Shown here one piece after another: positions 1-13,997 of a DNA stretch of 64,000 nucleotides. This DNA is from Yuukianura sp. NJ FZ-2021 (lineage: Eukaryota). The stretch's first letter is position 1. Every line of letters begins with the position of its first letter. The stretch spans positions 7,440,001-7,504,000 of the forward strand of contig CM102289.1 of NCBI GenBank assembly GCA_046563655.1, written 5' to 3'. The notes beneath the pieces were generated by a model. That model did not search any database. It saw only the letters and a list, made by a program, of their open reading frames with translations, and was not told the origin of the DNA. The position numbers were made by a program, and so were the translations under genes.

Positions 1-897
1 ATTGCCCTTTCCACAGTTTTCCAAATTTTCGCCGCTTTTGCCATCAATCACTTCATAGCGTTCAATTTTTTGACGCCAAAAGGCACAACAGTTAAATAGT
101 ACCGCAGTTTTCCAAATTTTGTTCTAAAAACACAGGATCCAGTAAAATCGTCAGTTGTAAACTTTAAAAAACCGAATTGTTTGTTTTAAACTTAAAAAAA
201 ACTTAAAGCTAGAAGCAAGCTAAACTCTATTTTTACTTCAAGCTGTCGACTTTTAAAAAATGGCGGGTTTGGAAAATCTTAATGATAAATTTTGAGATAA
301 TTTTCAAGAATTTAAAGTTTAGAGTTATTAGAAGTAATGGAATAATTTTAGAGTATAGCATAGCTGTAGTATTTTGTTAAAAATGTTAAGCGTCACGCTT
401 TCCGGCTTTACTAAAAAACGGTTCTTGGAAAGGACCAAAAAGGAGGCGTGTGTTGGCGGAAATGTTGGGATTAGAAAAAGAAAAACGCGAAGTTTTGAAG
501 TTTTAAAGCTTAAAAGAACGAGAATCTTTTTGAAATAAGTTTTTCGTTTTGTGGGAGCCTGTGCGTGTTGACTTTAAAAAGTTGAGAAAAAAAAAAGAAA
601 TATTTATGTCAAGATGGTGCTGAGTCAGGAAAGCACGAAAAGACTTAAATTGGAGACAATTGTCACCTTTGAGTAAAATTAATGAGGCAACATAACACTG
701 CCGAAGCAAAATACAAAATAAAGCCGCTTTTTCCAAAATGGTTTCTTCATAATCGTTTCTCCCATCCGATTAGTCCACACGAAGGAAAAGGAAACGGAAG
801 AATCAACGTCTTTTTGCAAAAGTGTTGAATTCCAAAATAATCGTCTCCAAATCTTTAGCTTTTGTAGCTCACATTTCTTTTATTTGGTTCAAAATAG

Positions 898-3800
898 TTG
901 ATTGGATGCCAAGAAGCTTGTGAGTTCCATCTTCATCAACCAGAAAATACTGAACAAGATGCCAGCAATAGTCAAATGTTGCCTCCCATCGCTCTACCGG
1001 TTGAACCTCTTCTTAAAATTTTCACAAATTTGAATCCCCCGCTTCTTAAATGGCCGAACTCCTCCGCGCGTCATCACGTGGTCTACTCTGTTATCAAATA
1101 CGACCATTCTTCTTGGATTCCCGTTGGAGAACAGACGATTTTAAACCAAATGTCAATTGATCTGGACTCATCTCACACTGGCCAAAGGTCAAAGGTCATT
1201 GACCTGAGGTCAAAGGTCACAGACCTCAGAGTGCTAGCTGTCACCGCCCAGGGACTGACTCATGTTTACTCAACTGCTGGAGGGAACTTTGAAACAAGAC
1301 GCGGGAGACAGCAAGAAGAAGATGATCCTTGGCACTTTCGGTTATCTTCTCTTGTACATCAAAAGTTTTTGGTTGTTACAGAAGTCAGGTGGGAATTTCC
1401 GCGGGAACTTCAAAATTTTCAAACTTATGGCGGAGAGCGTAGAAATGACACCCTGGAGCAACCGAGAGATCGAAGTACCAATGCAACTGAAGATCTTCGT
1501 AGCCATGACGACAAAGACGACGACATGCGGCGACATACACTGTTCCTATTGACTTGGGAAGTTTATGGGGGATTGGTTCGCGGTCACTTGGTGACTGAAA
1601 CCAATGTCGTCACAATCAGCCTTTGGCCAGAAACGAGCTACAGTTTACAGGTAAACCATACAGTTCTGTCATACACAGGGTTTGTGGACCACCGTTTAAA
1701 AATTTTTTGGCACTTTTGGAGAAATAGTTACGAAATTGGCGCATTGTGGTCACGGTTGACAAATTTGACGACAAGAAAAGTTGAAGTACGGAATAAAGAG
1801 GTAGAGACACACTTAGCTTCTTTTGTGAAAGCCGGAAACATAATCGAATTTTCTCCTTTCCGTTTTTTCATTTTTATTTCCGTACGTACAAAAAAAGAAA
1901 GTTGGATTGAGTTATAATCCAAATCCACCTAGCCATCTCCTTCTCTTTTTCTTTTCACCACCTTTCTTTTATATTTGGAAAAAGTATGCTTTAGAAAGCT
2001 TTAAAGTAACGTTTTGAAAAAAAAACTAACACTCTAGCCGGTTTTCTAAATCTGGCACGTGGAAGTAAAAAGTTAACCAACGTAACTGTTATGTATTTAA
2101 GCGGAAGTGGATTTTTCAAAAATTGTTTAAATTTTGGAAGATGAGGCGCAGTTTACTTTGAGGCGTGGTTTTAAGCTTGGGCGAAAGCAGGATATTGACT
2201 TACGACTTTCATATTTACATGAACAGGAACTGTTGATTCTGATTTTTTTGCTTTCAAATAGACGCTTTCGCTACATTTCATTTTAGTTGAGATTTAGATT
2301 TCCCTGTGGTAAATAATATCATCAGGAAAACCTTTCAGCGTCAGCGGGAGTTTTGAATTGAAAATTTCCTCATTTTCAACGGCAACAACTTTCCCTAGAC
2401 TTCCTCTCTTTTTAAATTGAATTTGATCCACAGTAGGGAAGAAAAGGTGTGTGTAGATTGAGCAAATAAATTCATTTTAAAATCCACTGCCTTACCACAA
2501 CTTTAATTTCTGTTTCCAATTTCCAATTGAATCTTCCCTCCAAATTCGTTTTCTAAAAGTAGCTTTTTAGTCTAGACTAGAAATCCAAGAAAATCCAAGT
2601 TGTTTGCTAACTATTTTCAAAACTTGGATTTGAAAGTTCCCGCACATTTAAAAATTCTACCCGGGGAATTTCAAATTAAATGTAGGTACTGCTTCAAAAT
2701 ACAATTTTTCACTAAAACGTGACAAACTTTTAATTCAAATTTCGCGTTTGCATGTTTTTGACAAGGTCAACTAAAATAGTTCACATGAAAGTAAACAGAT
2801 TTGAACTGCTCACTCAAAATAACTGGAGGGGAGAAAGCGAGATCCGGTTGAATAGAATACCAAAGTGTCAGGTTTTAATTTGAAATGAACTTTTGTAATT
2901 TTTGAAACTTTTGATAAAAACAGAAAAGTTGGAAAGCTTTTAATTTGGAACATAAAATTTGAATTAGAATTACTCCCGGTTTTTTGTTTCCATATCCAAT
3001 CAAAAGGAAGGGGAAAACGGAGAAAGGGTGAAAGAATTTCAATTCAAAATTCAATAAAAATGATTTTTGTTAAACCAAACCGCAAGGAAAAGCTTAAACT
3101 TGTTTTCTGAATCAAAAACTGAAAGTTCAACACAATCAAATATGCTAAAACGTCTTTTTAATATTCCACGATGAAGATGGAATTGCATGGAATTAAAGAA
3201 AAGTTGAGGGAAAGTCTGAAAAGCTCATTTTCTGAAGCATTGGTTTTTAGATTTGAAACATTTCACTTTTTTTCTGAATTCTTATTCTAAAACAAATCAA
3301 GTTTTTTGAAACTGTTTAACTTTAAATTTTGGATCAAGGGTAGGCGGAAATGGAGTGAACTCAAACACAATTTTCACTTTAGTGAAAGTTTAAAAGTTTC
3401 CCTCCTCTTTCTTGGTTGTCTTCCAAAGTCAGCCACTTCCTGACTCAAAATTATTCTAAAAGAGTGACGTTTCCGACGCCCGCGCTCTTTTCAGTTTCAA
3501 AATGTGCGGACTTTAATTACATTTTAGTCTATGTTAATAATGTCAGATATTTCAAACTTCCCGCTTTTCCTTGAAACCCAAAATAGTTACTTCCTTTGAA
3601 GTAGAACTTTCAGTCTGTTCTTTTTCCTTGCTCCAGGGCTTGCCCATTTCAAATTCCGAGACTGCTAAAGACTGAATTCTTTAGAAGGTCAATTATCTCT
3701 GCCTTTCACTTTCACGTTCACTTTCACTCGTATTTAGCCCTAAGTTTAGTAAGGACTTTTCAACAGGAGTCCTGACACTGTCAGTTAAAAAAAAGGTTGA

Positions 3801-4671
3801 TGTCAAGGAGATGCTACTTGACTCACGACTCAAGACTCAAGACTCTTGACTCCTTGACTCCTCTGACTCTGACTCAAGCCTTTTCTTGTACTTTTTTGCT
3901 TTTCAGGTTGGATTGATTGACGACACTGAAGTGAAAGTGGAGAAAGGGAAGTCAATTATGACTCAGCTCGAGGGAATTCTATCCACCGGGGGTGAACTTC
4001 CTGTGAGGTCAGAAAGTCAAATCCTCAAGGTCAACACTACTGACGCTCCTTATCCAGTCATCGTCAAAAAATCTGGAGGTCACGAGGTCAAAAAAACTGG
4101 AGGTCAAGAATTCAAAAAATCCGTTGGTCAAGAGCAACGTAAGCGATCAGCAGACGAACTTTCCGTTTTGCGTCATGACGCAACCAATGACACGAAACGA
4201 CTCCAATTTGGTGGATCAACTGGCAAGTACTTAGGTGAAACCAGGTCGACTGGGAGTGGGGGAAGTCACTTTTGTAGCTGGAACAGTCAAGCACATCACC
4301 AGCATCAGCACACCTCAGGTCCATCGGAAGATGAAGTACGAGCTTGTATGCTGATCTGGACCATTTTGATTGTTTGTCTCCTCCTCATCTTCATGATGTT
4401 CCTGTACTTCTCTGTAACAGTTTACTTAGCGATGAAAAAGCAAATTTATTTTCAAAAACTTCATAGAACTTGTTCCGTCTCAAGTATCTACTCAAGACAG
4501 TTCTATCGACTCCACAAAAGTATTTTTAGAAAAAATCATTATCCGACAAATCAACACAAACCTCCCTTTACTTCATCATCATCACTCGAACTCCTTCCTC
4601 TCACCGATTCATCAAATAGCTCAGCTTCCGAAGCAGAGGGTAAGCATTACAGTCATAAAATTCGATTTTGA
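898..4671 (+). CDS. Type I single-pass membrane protein with FN3-like ectodomain (fend/anosmin-like, tentative); 5'-partial
   Basis: Exons 898-1650 (AG acceptor at 896-897, donor CAG|GTAAAC) and 3907-4671 join in phase 0 (SYSLQ|VGLIDD). Cys motif GCQEACEF, FN3-like LLTWEVYGGLVRGHLVTETNVVTISLWPETSYSLQV, TM helix MLIWTILIVCLLLIFMMFLYFSVTVYLAM. No start codon; upstream exons not identified. Confidence 0.6.
3820..3878. repeat. Degenerate GACTC-core microsatellite-like run
   Basis: gactcac gactcaa gactcaa gactctt gactcctt gactcctct gactct gactcaa, just upstream of the acceptor at 3906. Confidence 0.7.
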
Positions 4672-7600
4672 TCGGTTTTTTTTACTCAATTTTACTAAAT
4701 TTTATTTTTTTTTGCCCTAAAATTTTACTAAAAAATTAACTAATACTAACAATTAATTTTAACTTCAATTGTTTGATATCGACATTAGAATTTTTTTTAT
4801 TTCACAAATAATTCGGGAACTTACAGTTAGCGTGTTACGAAATTACAGGATTTCATTAGTACTATATAAGAAACTATATTTTTGAGATTTTCACGTTAGG
4901 AGATTTTCGTACTCAGGAATTTTGAAATTTTGGCGGGCTTGAGTAAAGTTCAGTTGGTTTTCTTTCCAGAACTTTTTTCTACTGGTATTAATCGAGTAAA
5001 AGTCAAAAGTGAGTAGAATTAGTTGTAGAATTTCGACAAGATTTTGGTTTCTTGGAGATGAGGGTGTATAATCCCAGAATCCCAATGGGTACATTTGCAA
5101 CAGAAACAGCAAGGATACAAGCGGATGAGGCAGGAATGAAGAAAGAAATTTAGTAAAGCTTGGGGATGATTCGGATGTTGTTGGCGAGGGAATTTTGGTT
5201 CGGAGGGAAACTTTGAATTGTAACACTCTCCACGTCCAAAGCGAGAAGGGATTTGTTGGAGGGAGTAACTTTGGTCTAAGCCAAAAGGGAGCAGGAATTG
5301 GAATGAAGAGGGAGATTTGGAACCAATTCCCATGAGAATCTAAGCACCAGAGGAGTGTAAGAGAATGGTTGGCAGCGGGAAGTGAGAATTTTTCGGGGTA
5401 AAAGCCACTGCCAACAAAATCCGAAATCCGGGAATGTTTAATTTCCCTTGTATGATGAAGAAAGGCTTGGATGAGTGGAGGGCGGGAAATCTATTGTTAT
5501 TATTCAATTTCAAAATTTCCCTCTTGGCTATTCAATTAACGTTGGAGTTCTTTTCAATAAGAGGAAGACAAGGGAAAGTGGAGGGGTCTAACTTTCACTT
5601 TTAACTTTTAATCTCTCAAACTTTCCCGGCCTGAAGACGGGTTTCCCGCGTTGAGAGCAAGCCGTGCGTAGCTTTCGGAGTTGATCCTGTGTCATCCCTT
5701 GTGGTTGCTAATGTCGTTGTGTCATTTCGGCTCGAGAGGTTTCAAATTCCTGACTTCATCAACTTTTGTCTTAGTCACCAAAAGGCGTAGGAAGCCGCGG
5801 AAGAGAAAGTTGAGCTTTCTTCTTAACAATTTTAATGAAACAAGCTCCAATTTTCTTTGTGTTATTAATTTTGGAAATTAGGTTAGTCGTTAGGAACAGG
5901 CATTTGATTACTTATTGATTCTTGAAACTTAATGTTTTAGCACATAAGAGGCGATTGACGACACGAGATTTGATGCTATTTTGGGCTTATAGAAAACGAA
6001 AAAAAATTGAAAAAAAAATCCCCCAGTATGGTTTCTTTTTAGTTTGCTATGAAAGTTTTTAGAACCAAATTTTATGAATGTTTCGTTTTCAAATTTTCCA
6101 AATTTTCAGTCCCAACTTAATTTTTTGTTTTGTGTGTTTCTAGATGTTGAATTTGAATGAAGCAACCGACAAATCTGAAGCGGCTAAACATCAAACGAAC
6201 TTAAGGACAGGTCATTCGGGAACACGTTTTCGCCAAATGAAATTTTATAGCCTTCACTGTACTTATTTTTCTAATTCGAGCAGTATTGAAAAACGTTCTC
6301 TCAAAAAAAAAATTAGCTTGCAGTTTTTTGTTTTTTCAACGTGACTGCCTTTAACTTCCCAACTAGTCATCAAGTTCCCTGTTTTACGAATTTGTTAAAT
6401 TCATAGTTCAGAATTTACTGTATTTATCAATAAGTTAAGTTATTATTCTGTATACTGTTTTAATTTATTTTTTAGTTATTTGCTTTAAATAAAACTGTAA
6501 ATCAAAACTGAGCTTTATGTGAACTTTTTTCACACTTCAGCAGCTATTCAAGTAATTTTCACTTTGCAAGTCACTCGACACCACCCACTAAAATACTGTC
6601 AACTTTGCACAACTTTTGAACACTTTTACATTTTAGAGCCCACTTGTTTGAATTTTTTCGAAACATTTTTTGAAACGCCAACATTCCAGTGGCTGCCATC
6701 AGCTTACAAAAATTCTGGCAACTTGAATTCCCATGGGTGTGACTATTCCTGGGATGATTATTTTAGAAAATGAACAGGAAGCATGGAAGGGTTGTGTTTA
6801 ATGAAATCCAGCATCTATAGAAGTTGCACAGGAGTTAAATTCCAAGTTGTGCTGCCAGTAGTTCGTGAATGCTGACTTGTGCGGCATTTGTTTGAGGGTG
6901 TTGTCGCCTTATTCTGTGAGCCCCCCATTTGTCTCGCTTCCTTCCATATAATTTTACGCTTCAATGACTGTCCGAAGGAGGAAGCTCTTTGATGAAGCAG
7001 TGCCGAAGCTCACCAAAAAGTAAGCTTTTAGGACGACGCGCGATTTGGAGGGTCAAAACTTGCCTACCTTTTTCAATATTTTTGAACCAAATTGAAGGGA
7101 CGCGGAGAACGTGACTGATTTCTAAATATCTCTAAGCGAATTTTGAGTCATCAGAAACGGACTATGCGTCAGAAACATTTCTCCAGTTTCAGTCATCCAC
7201 AATCCAACGGACGTAAAAATAAAAACAAAATTTTCGAACCAGGATTGAAAAAGAAATTCGAGCATTACTCGGAAATCATAAAAAAGCAGCGGCATCGAAG
7301 TCCAACCATAAGTTTTCCCAAATAATTCAAGCAAATTACCAAAATAGCGTCAAAATTTTTGGAATCAATTCAAAAATTTCCAATTTTGCTTTCAGGAAAA
7401 AAAACAATTTGAACACTTGGAATTATTGAGAACTACTCGACTGGAGAAAAAATTTTGTTCAAAAAATTATGTGAAAATTGTGTTTAAAGCAAAATAATTT
7501 TTGATAATTTTTGAAAATGGTGTTTCTGGTTCTCATATTGTGGTTTTCAAAAAGTAATTTTTAGTAGCACAGCGTAGAACATCGACCCGCTAGAAACCTG

Positions 7601-10600
7601 TGGTCACCCTCCAACAGCCATTATTTTGACCTGCGGTTTGAACATTACCGCCACGAATTTCAAAAAAAAAAGTTTCTTTCCCGGATCTTGATTCTCTCCG
7701 TCGCCCTAACCCAGAGTTAACGTTGCCTCAGTCTTTTTCAGCTCCACTAAAAATGGACAGTAGCACGCAAAGAAGACATTTATATTTGTTCTGTCATTTC
7801 CAGAAGCATCGTAAGTTTCCGTCCTTTGTGAGCACACTATGCTTTTCGTTTTTCGGTGTGTGATGTACTCTAGGGTGTAATAAAAACCTGGGCCACGATC
7901 ATCATTATCCCAAGAAGATGCACAGATCCAACATCCCATTTCACCATCATCTTCCTACCATCATGTCTACCTATAGAGACGCTTACGCACGATTTCCTCT
8001 CAAAACCTCCCAATTGTCCTAACTGCCTAACCTAAACTTAGCCTAACCTAACATAAAAGCCTAAGAAGATGACGACGGTAGGAAATCTGGTGAGGACTTT
8101 AGTGGAAATCAATGACATGAAGTGACCTTAAGGAAATTAATTGCCAAATCCTCCTCTTTTGAACACAAAACGACCCACCTTTTCTTCCTTCCTCTGAACT
8201 TTTATGACCGAAACGATTTTCAATTGATTCGCTGCACTCTTTGTCCCGAAAATCTCCCGGATGAACAGATTTCTACTCTAATCTAACATAAGGTATGCTT
8301 TCAGCAGCTTCGCTTCAAAGGGAAGCCTAACAATAACAATTTTGTCGGCTATGCTCCAACAGCCACTGTGATCAGCTTCCCCTCATGCATAAAAATGGTT
8401 GCAATTTTTTGCGAAATGGAGTCTCACGAGATTTGCGAAAATTGATCTGCCTGAAAGCAGATGTATGAAAACGTCAACGGAGGGAGTCCAAATAATACAA
8501 GCCAAATTGTAACAAATTGCGATTTTCAACGGAAGAGACACGCAAGTACGAGTAGAAGCTTAACGAACCATTTTGCAAATTTGGTGAACTATGACGGAGG
8601 AAGTTACCCACAAAAATTTTGAAACTGAAAAGTCAACCAAAAGTGTTTCTTAAAATTAAACATAATTTTGTCAAAAAAGGAAGTTGTGTAATTTAAACTG
8701 GGATTTGAGTACTAGTGAGTTATTATTATTTATTTTTTTCTGAAAAATTTCAATCTATGACTAAACATTATTGTTGAATCATATTTTGTGGATGTAGAAG
8801 TAACTAGCACAAAAGAATTTCGAAAAAGGTGTGAAATACTTCACATTTCCATTGTTGCATAAAATCTTTGTAAGCTCATTGGGATGACTTTAGGTTGACA
8901 ATGACTTTGAACTTTTTGAATAAATGACGAAAAGTACTTGAAAGTCGTGTTGCTCATGCTCAGTCTACAATCTTCAGTAGAATCGAAATTTTGTCTGAAA
9001 AGCCGTAAAATTACAGAGAAGGACTTTCTGGGGACAAAAGGAAAGAAACCGGAGTAGTAATTATTTTAATGGAACCATTTAGCAACAAAAGTGTCCAAAA
9101 ATGCTACTCGACTTCCAATCTTCCTTGATCTCATCTACTATCTTGGACTTGGACTTATTGAAATTGAAATCTTAAGTGTGAGTGGGTCCGTTTTGTCAAG
9201 GGCCTGTCTAAACCAGTTTGGTCAAAAAATTTACTTCGATACAGAAATCATAAAGGAGGGGAAACTGAAAACGTTTCAACTTGGATTCGAAAAGACCAAT
9301 TTGTCCAAAAAGTCTTCAATACTTCCCTCCTCACAGTTGCCTTTCGTAATATATTGCATAGTTCGTCACCTGAGCAGTGAGGACATCCTTAAAATTTTGA
9401 GAATCCTCAATCTCCATGCTTGGAATTTTTTGGAAAAAAAAACTTCCCCAAAACGCATGGATTGACCACATTCTTAAAAAAAAATCAACAAAATTTCGCA
9501 AGGGAGCAATTCAAAAACAAGAAATTTTTTTTTTTTGAAAAACCCTAAAATTTTGATTTAATTTTCATAAAACCAACTTCTGAGGATATCCTCACCACCT
9601 TCAACACTAACATTGTTCACACAACAATAGTGAGTTCAAACTATAGAAGTTTGACATTTTCATTTCTTGTGACGTCTGACGCTCTAAGTCTGAAGAGGCT
9701 TTTCCCTTACTTTTCTCAAAATGCCCACAATCCGAAGTCGGACTAAAAGCATTTTGTAACAAAAAAATTCTTCGTCCGTTTCCTTTTCATGTTCAACTTC
9801 AATTGTTACGTTCGTGCGTAACAATCAACAACAATGGAGGTGGTGGTCTGGAAAATGCCATTTTGTTCCTACCATCCTCCAAACACACCTTTCCTTTACA
9901 AAAACATACTTCAAGTGACTTAATTTCCTTTGCTTTAACAATTGTTGATCAAATCTTTAAAATTTTGAATGTTCAAATCGAGCCTAATTTAAAACAAAAT
10001 TTTCATTTTCCGGCTTCTCTAACCGATTTGTTTTGTTTTGTTCAAGAAGCCACTTCAGCACATCCTCCCTCTCTCTTATTTACTAAACAGTTAATTTTTT
10101 TTTCAAAATGCAACTTTTTGGAAAATCGTTTTTCAAAAGCATCTTTCAAAAAGACGGCAGGATGCAGTTAGTCATAAAACGACGACTCTATTTAGTAGGT
10201 GGGCCATAAAGTTATGTCGGGGTTAATTACACTAAAATTTACGCCTTTCCTTGTACTTGAGCTTTTAGACTTTTACAGTAAGTAAAGTCATAACTTTTTC
10301 AAAACAGAAAAAGTGAAGGTGCAGCGCCTCTTTTGTTTGTTTTCACAAAGCAATTAAGTCCAATAAAAGAAAAAAGGAATGTCGGGTTAGTTGAAAGCAC
10401 CAAACACGCCACGTACTCAATCATTGTGATTTGCCAAAATTTGAGAAAACTGAAATTAGAAAATTACGTTTGCACTAATCCCAAACAGCAAAGGTATCAT
10501 CCATTTCCAAACTTACATGAAAAAGGCTTGACCTCAAATTTGATTCTCAAACTGACGAATTGGATATGCCAGGAAAAACGACAAAAAATTTTTTTGAGAA

Positions 10601-10820
10601 GAATGCTGCATGCGGCATGACATAAAAAGTACAACGTTCGTGATGCTGTTATAAAACAACTTATGGGAAATAAAATCCAAAGTGGTTTAAAACAGATAAT
10701 TGCGGAACATAAAGTAATAAACATAATCAACCTAACAAAACATGGAGAGTCAATTTTTTTTCAAAATGGCAAGAAATTTGATTGAAATAAAATTTATGAC
10801 ACTAAAACCTTAAATAATTA

Positions 10821-13628
10821 TCACAATTTATACGTTTCTGTTCCAGCGTAGTTAGCAGTTAAAGTTTCAGTTGGAAGTGGAATTTCTGCTTCCAGTGCAA
10901 TCCAATTTGTTAAATATTTTTGTCCAAGCATCTTCTTCCATACTTTTAGAATAGGAGCAGCAAAGAGACGTTCTTGTACAAGGACGCGTTTTTCGCTTGA
11001 CTTAACAGCGTTAACAATGGCGCTAACAATCAAACCGACAACAATCGTCGTTCCAATTCCGATTCCTGGAAGCCATGAGTACGAAATTGACCAAATTTGG
11101 ACATTGATGGGATCGTCACGCTCTTTCCAAGGATTGACATAATCTTCAGTGCATTCCATTGGGGAGTACTCAGGACTTCCAGTGCCGTTGACAACTTCAC
11201 AACCGGCAGTTGTCAAGCAGAGGCGCTGATCTGGAAGTTTTCCTGGAACGAGTTCAGCTAAGATCTGACCAAGACCTTGATAAACACAGACAAGCAGCGA
11301 CACGACAAATCCAACAAATACTCCCTGTCATTAGAAAAAAAAAGTTTCAAAAAAAAATTTTGTTCTAGAAATTTTCTGAAATGTCAAAAACTGGACTTAC
11401 AATTTCATTTGCCCATGGGAAAAACATTCCAAGTGTAAAAACTCCAAAAATTGGAGCCATAAGACAACCCGCCATCAGAGTTCCAAACTATTTTTTCAAA
11501 TTGAAATTTTTTAGAAATTATTGTGAAAAATTTTGTATTTAATTTAAAGTGAATTACCGGAACCATTTGGACGGATTCATTAACAATGGAAACTGGATAC
11601 AGAAAGAAGAAAGCTACAAAACCGCATGTCGCTGAAATAATTTTGGAGAACAGCGTAAGTCGCTCGTCGGAGATGTTCGGTTTGTAGACTTTGACGAAAT
11701 CTTCGACAATTGTTGCCGTTAGGGCATTCAGTGCACTCGATACGGAACTGAGCGTACCGCAAGTGAGACCACCTACTAGGAGTCCTGGAAGCCCCGGATA
11801 CTTGGCCAGTACGTCCATGACGAACAGTGGTAAAAGCTGGTCCGGTGAACTAACAAACTTAAAAACAAAGTGAGAATAACTATATACCAAAGGGAAAATT
11901 TTGAACATTTTGTTCGTTCTTGAAAAGTAATTATAAAATATTTTACCTCGGCACTGACGGGATCACAGTTGTAATAATTTGCATAAATTGTCAGCCCAAT
12001 CCAAACACTTAGCAAGACGATGCTCATCAATCCAAGCATATTGAACAATAGCGTTCTGAACAGAAAAAGCGACATAAAATGTGAAAAAATGTTAACGTTT
12101 CAAAATCAAATGTCGCCTTACATCCTGGCAGTTTTGAGATCTTTGACAGAGTTGTAACGTTGAATTTGTGCCTGTGTCGCGCCAAAAATTGGAAGCCAAA
12201 ACGCAACACCTCCGATTACGGTACTCCAAATTGTGTGTCTCGTCCGTGGGTCAATGTCGGGACTAAAAATTATACACATTTTAAAACATCAACCTTTGAG
12301 AAAAGTAATTCAAGTGGATGCGAATTCATAGAGAACTTGCAAATGCAAACTAAATTACTTGAAAAAGTCAAGCCTGTTTGTAGCACTATTTCTGTCAATG
12401 ATTTCAGTTACGCCACCAGCTTCAACGATTCCAGCAATGATAATTGCAGCCAACGATGTCAGCATCACAGTACATTGCAAAGCATCTGTCCACAAAACAG
12501 CTTTGAGCCCACCCTAGTCAAAATTTAGTCAATATTTTAGTAAGAATTAGTAAAAATGTTTTTTTTTTTTTTTTATAAATTATTTATAAAATATTACGTA
12601 TTGTGCCTTACAATTGACGAATACGCAATGCAAACCAAGAAAATTGAAATAGACGACATGTATTGGTTGATTCCAGCCACTGCAAATTTAAAACAAAATA
12701 AAAAAAAAAGTTGTCTAAAAACTCACCAGGTTAACTTTTAGGTAAATTTTTCTTACCTTGGTCAAGTGCAAGGCTAGGTGCGAGTACCGTAATCGGTGTA
12801 TATACGAGCTGAATAAGTAAAAATGGGGTAAGATTGACGTTTTTAAATTCAAGTTTTTAAAAAAAAATTGTTTTTACCAAGTAGAGAATTGAACAAATTG
12901 AGCAGAGTACACGAACTCTTCTGCTGAAACGCCATTCAAAATACTAAGTGACGACAAAAATCAAAAGTTACAACTTTCACCAGCATTTCACGCACTGAAT
13001 AGACTAAAGCATTAAAATGGTTTAATGCTAAAGTTGCTTACCTCGGTTGCTGAAATCAGTTTGAGTCGTACGTAAACTGGAACGTAAATGTAGACTAGCA
13101 CAAGTGTCATGAATATAAACGAAACGCTAAGTGTAGCATACTGAGATCCGTAGAAATAAACTTCAACCTACAAAATATTTACGCAACATTACTTTCGAAG
13201 TTCCAAAATTTAGGGAAAAAAAATTCAACAAATTTGGATTTCAGTCCTACGGGGAAACCAAGCAATCCAGCTCCCGAGATGAACCTGTTTATCCACAAAG
13301 CAAAGAAATAAAAATTAGGAAATTGTTTATCTTTTGTGCAAAATTTTTGTGCTTCTTGCAAAGTCTAAGAAACAGTTTTTGATTTGATAAGGAACAGTTA
13401 TGAGAGTTTCTCTTACGAGCAGATAAGTGACATTGTCACTGGAAGAATTCCCATGGACCGTCCAGCCATGAGGAATTCTTCATTAGTTTTATTTTTGGAG
13501 CCAAAGAAGCCATAGAAAACTCCAATTCCCATGGAAGAAATTAAAATTACAGCAAAAACGATGTACTCTTGCCATTCGAAGATTAGTTCTGGTACAACGT
13601 AGGTTGGGGGTTGCGGCGTGCTTGACAT
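10821..13628 (-). CDS. SLC5 sodium:solute symporter (sodium-coupled monocarboxylate/multivitamin transporter-like), about 12 exons
   Basis: Spliced motifs EYIVFAVILISSMGIGVFYG, EEFLMAGRSMGILPVTMSLICSFISG, EVYFYGSQY, YFEWRFSRRVR, GGLKAVLWTDALQ, QAQIQRY, PDQLLPLFVMDVLAKYPGLPGLLVGG..GTLSSVSSALNAL, PIFGVFTLGMFFPWAN. First exons 13628-13417, 13284-13251, 13167-13042; stop TGA at 10823-10821. Confidence 0.93.
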
Positions 13629-13997
13629 TTTGAACAGAAAAAAGTATACTTCGACTGTGTTTTTAAAAAAAAATTGAATTTGAGCCTATTTAACCAAAAA
13701 CTTAACCTAATTATGCTTTGTTTTGCTGAAGGGTTTTGGGATTTTGAAGTATCAAATCGTTACGTAGCTGTAAGTGCGATAACAAATTTTTATCACAATC
13801 TCTGCATTTTTTAGCAGTAGATACATGAAAATCACGTGACAAAATCACGTTTCAGTGTTTGGCAAGGCTAAATAGTCTTCTTCGGCATGTCGTAGACATG
13901 CGTCTCCAGAAGACTTAAAACTGGATCAATCTAGCACATTTCGTTGAGTGCATTTTCAATAACTTTGGGTTTAAATGTTTTACTTCCTGAGGTGGCT

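Noticed and set aside
1651..1917. C-terminal part of the listed 339-aa ORF
   Set aside because: Read-through past a good donor (CAG|GTAAAC); the in-phase exon at 3907 supplies the TM domain.
8018..8065. CCTAA (TTAGG telomere-like) motifs, also near 38826 and 42756
   Set aside because: Too short and degenerate to call interstitial telomeric arrays.
6144..10620. Short ORFs and exon-like segments
   Set aside because: No recognisable domains and no phase-consistent exon chain could be built.
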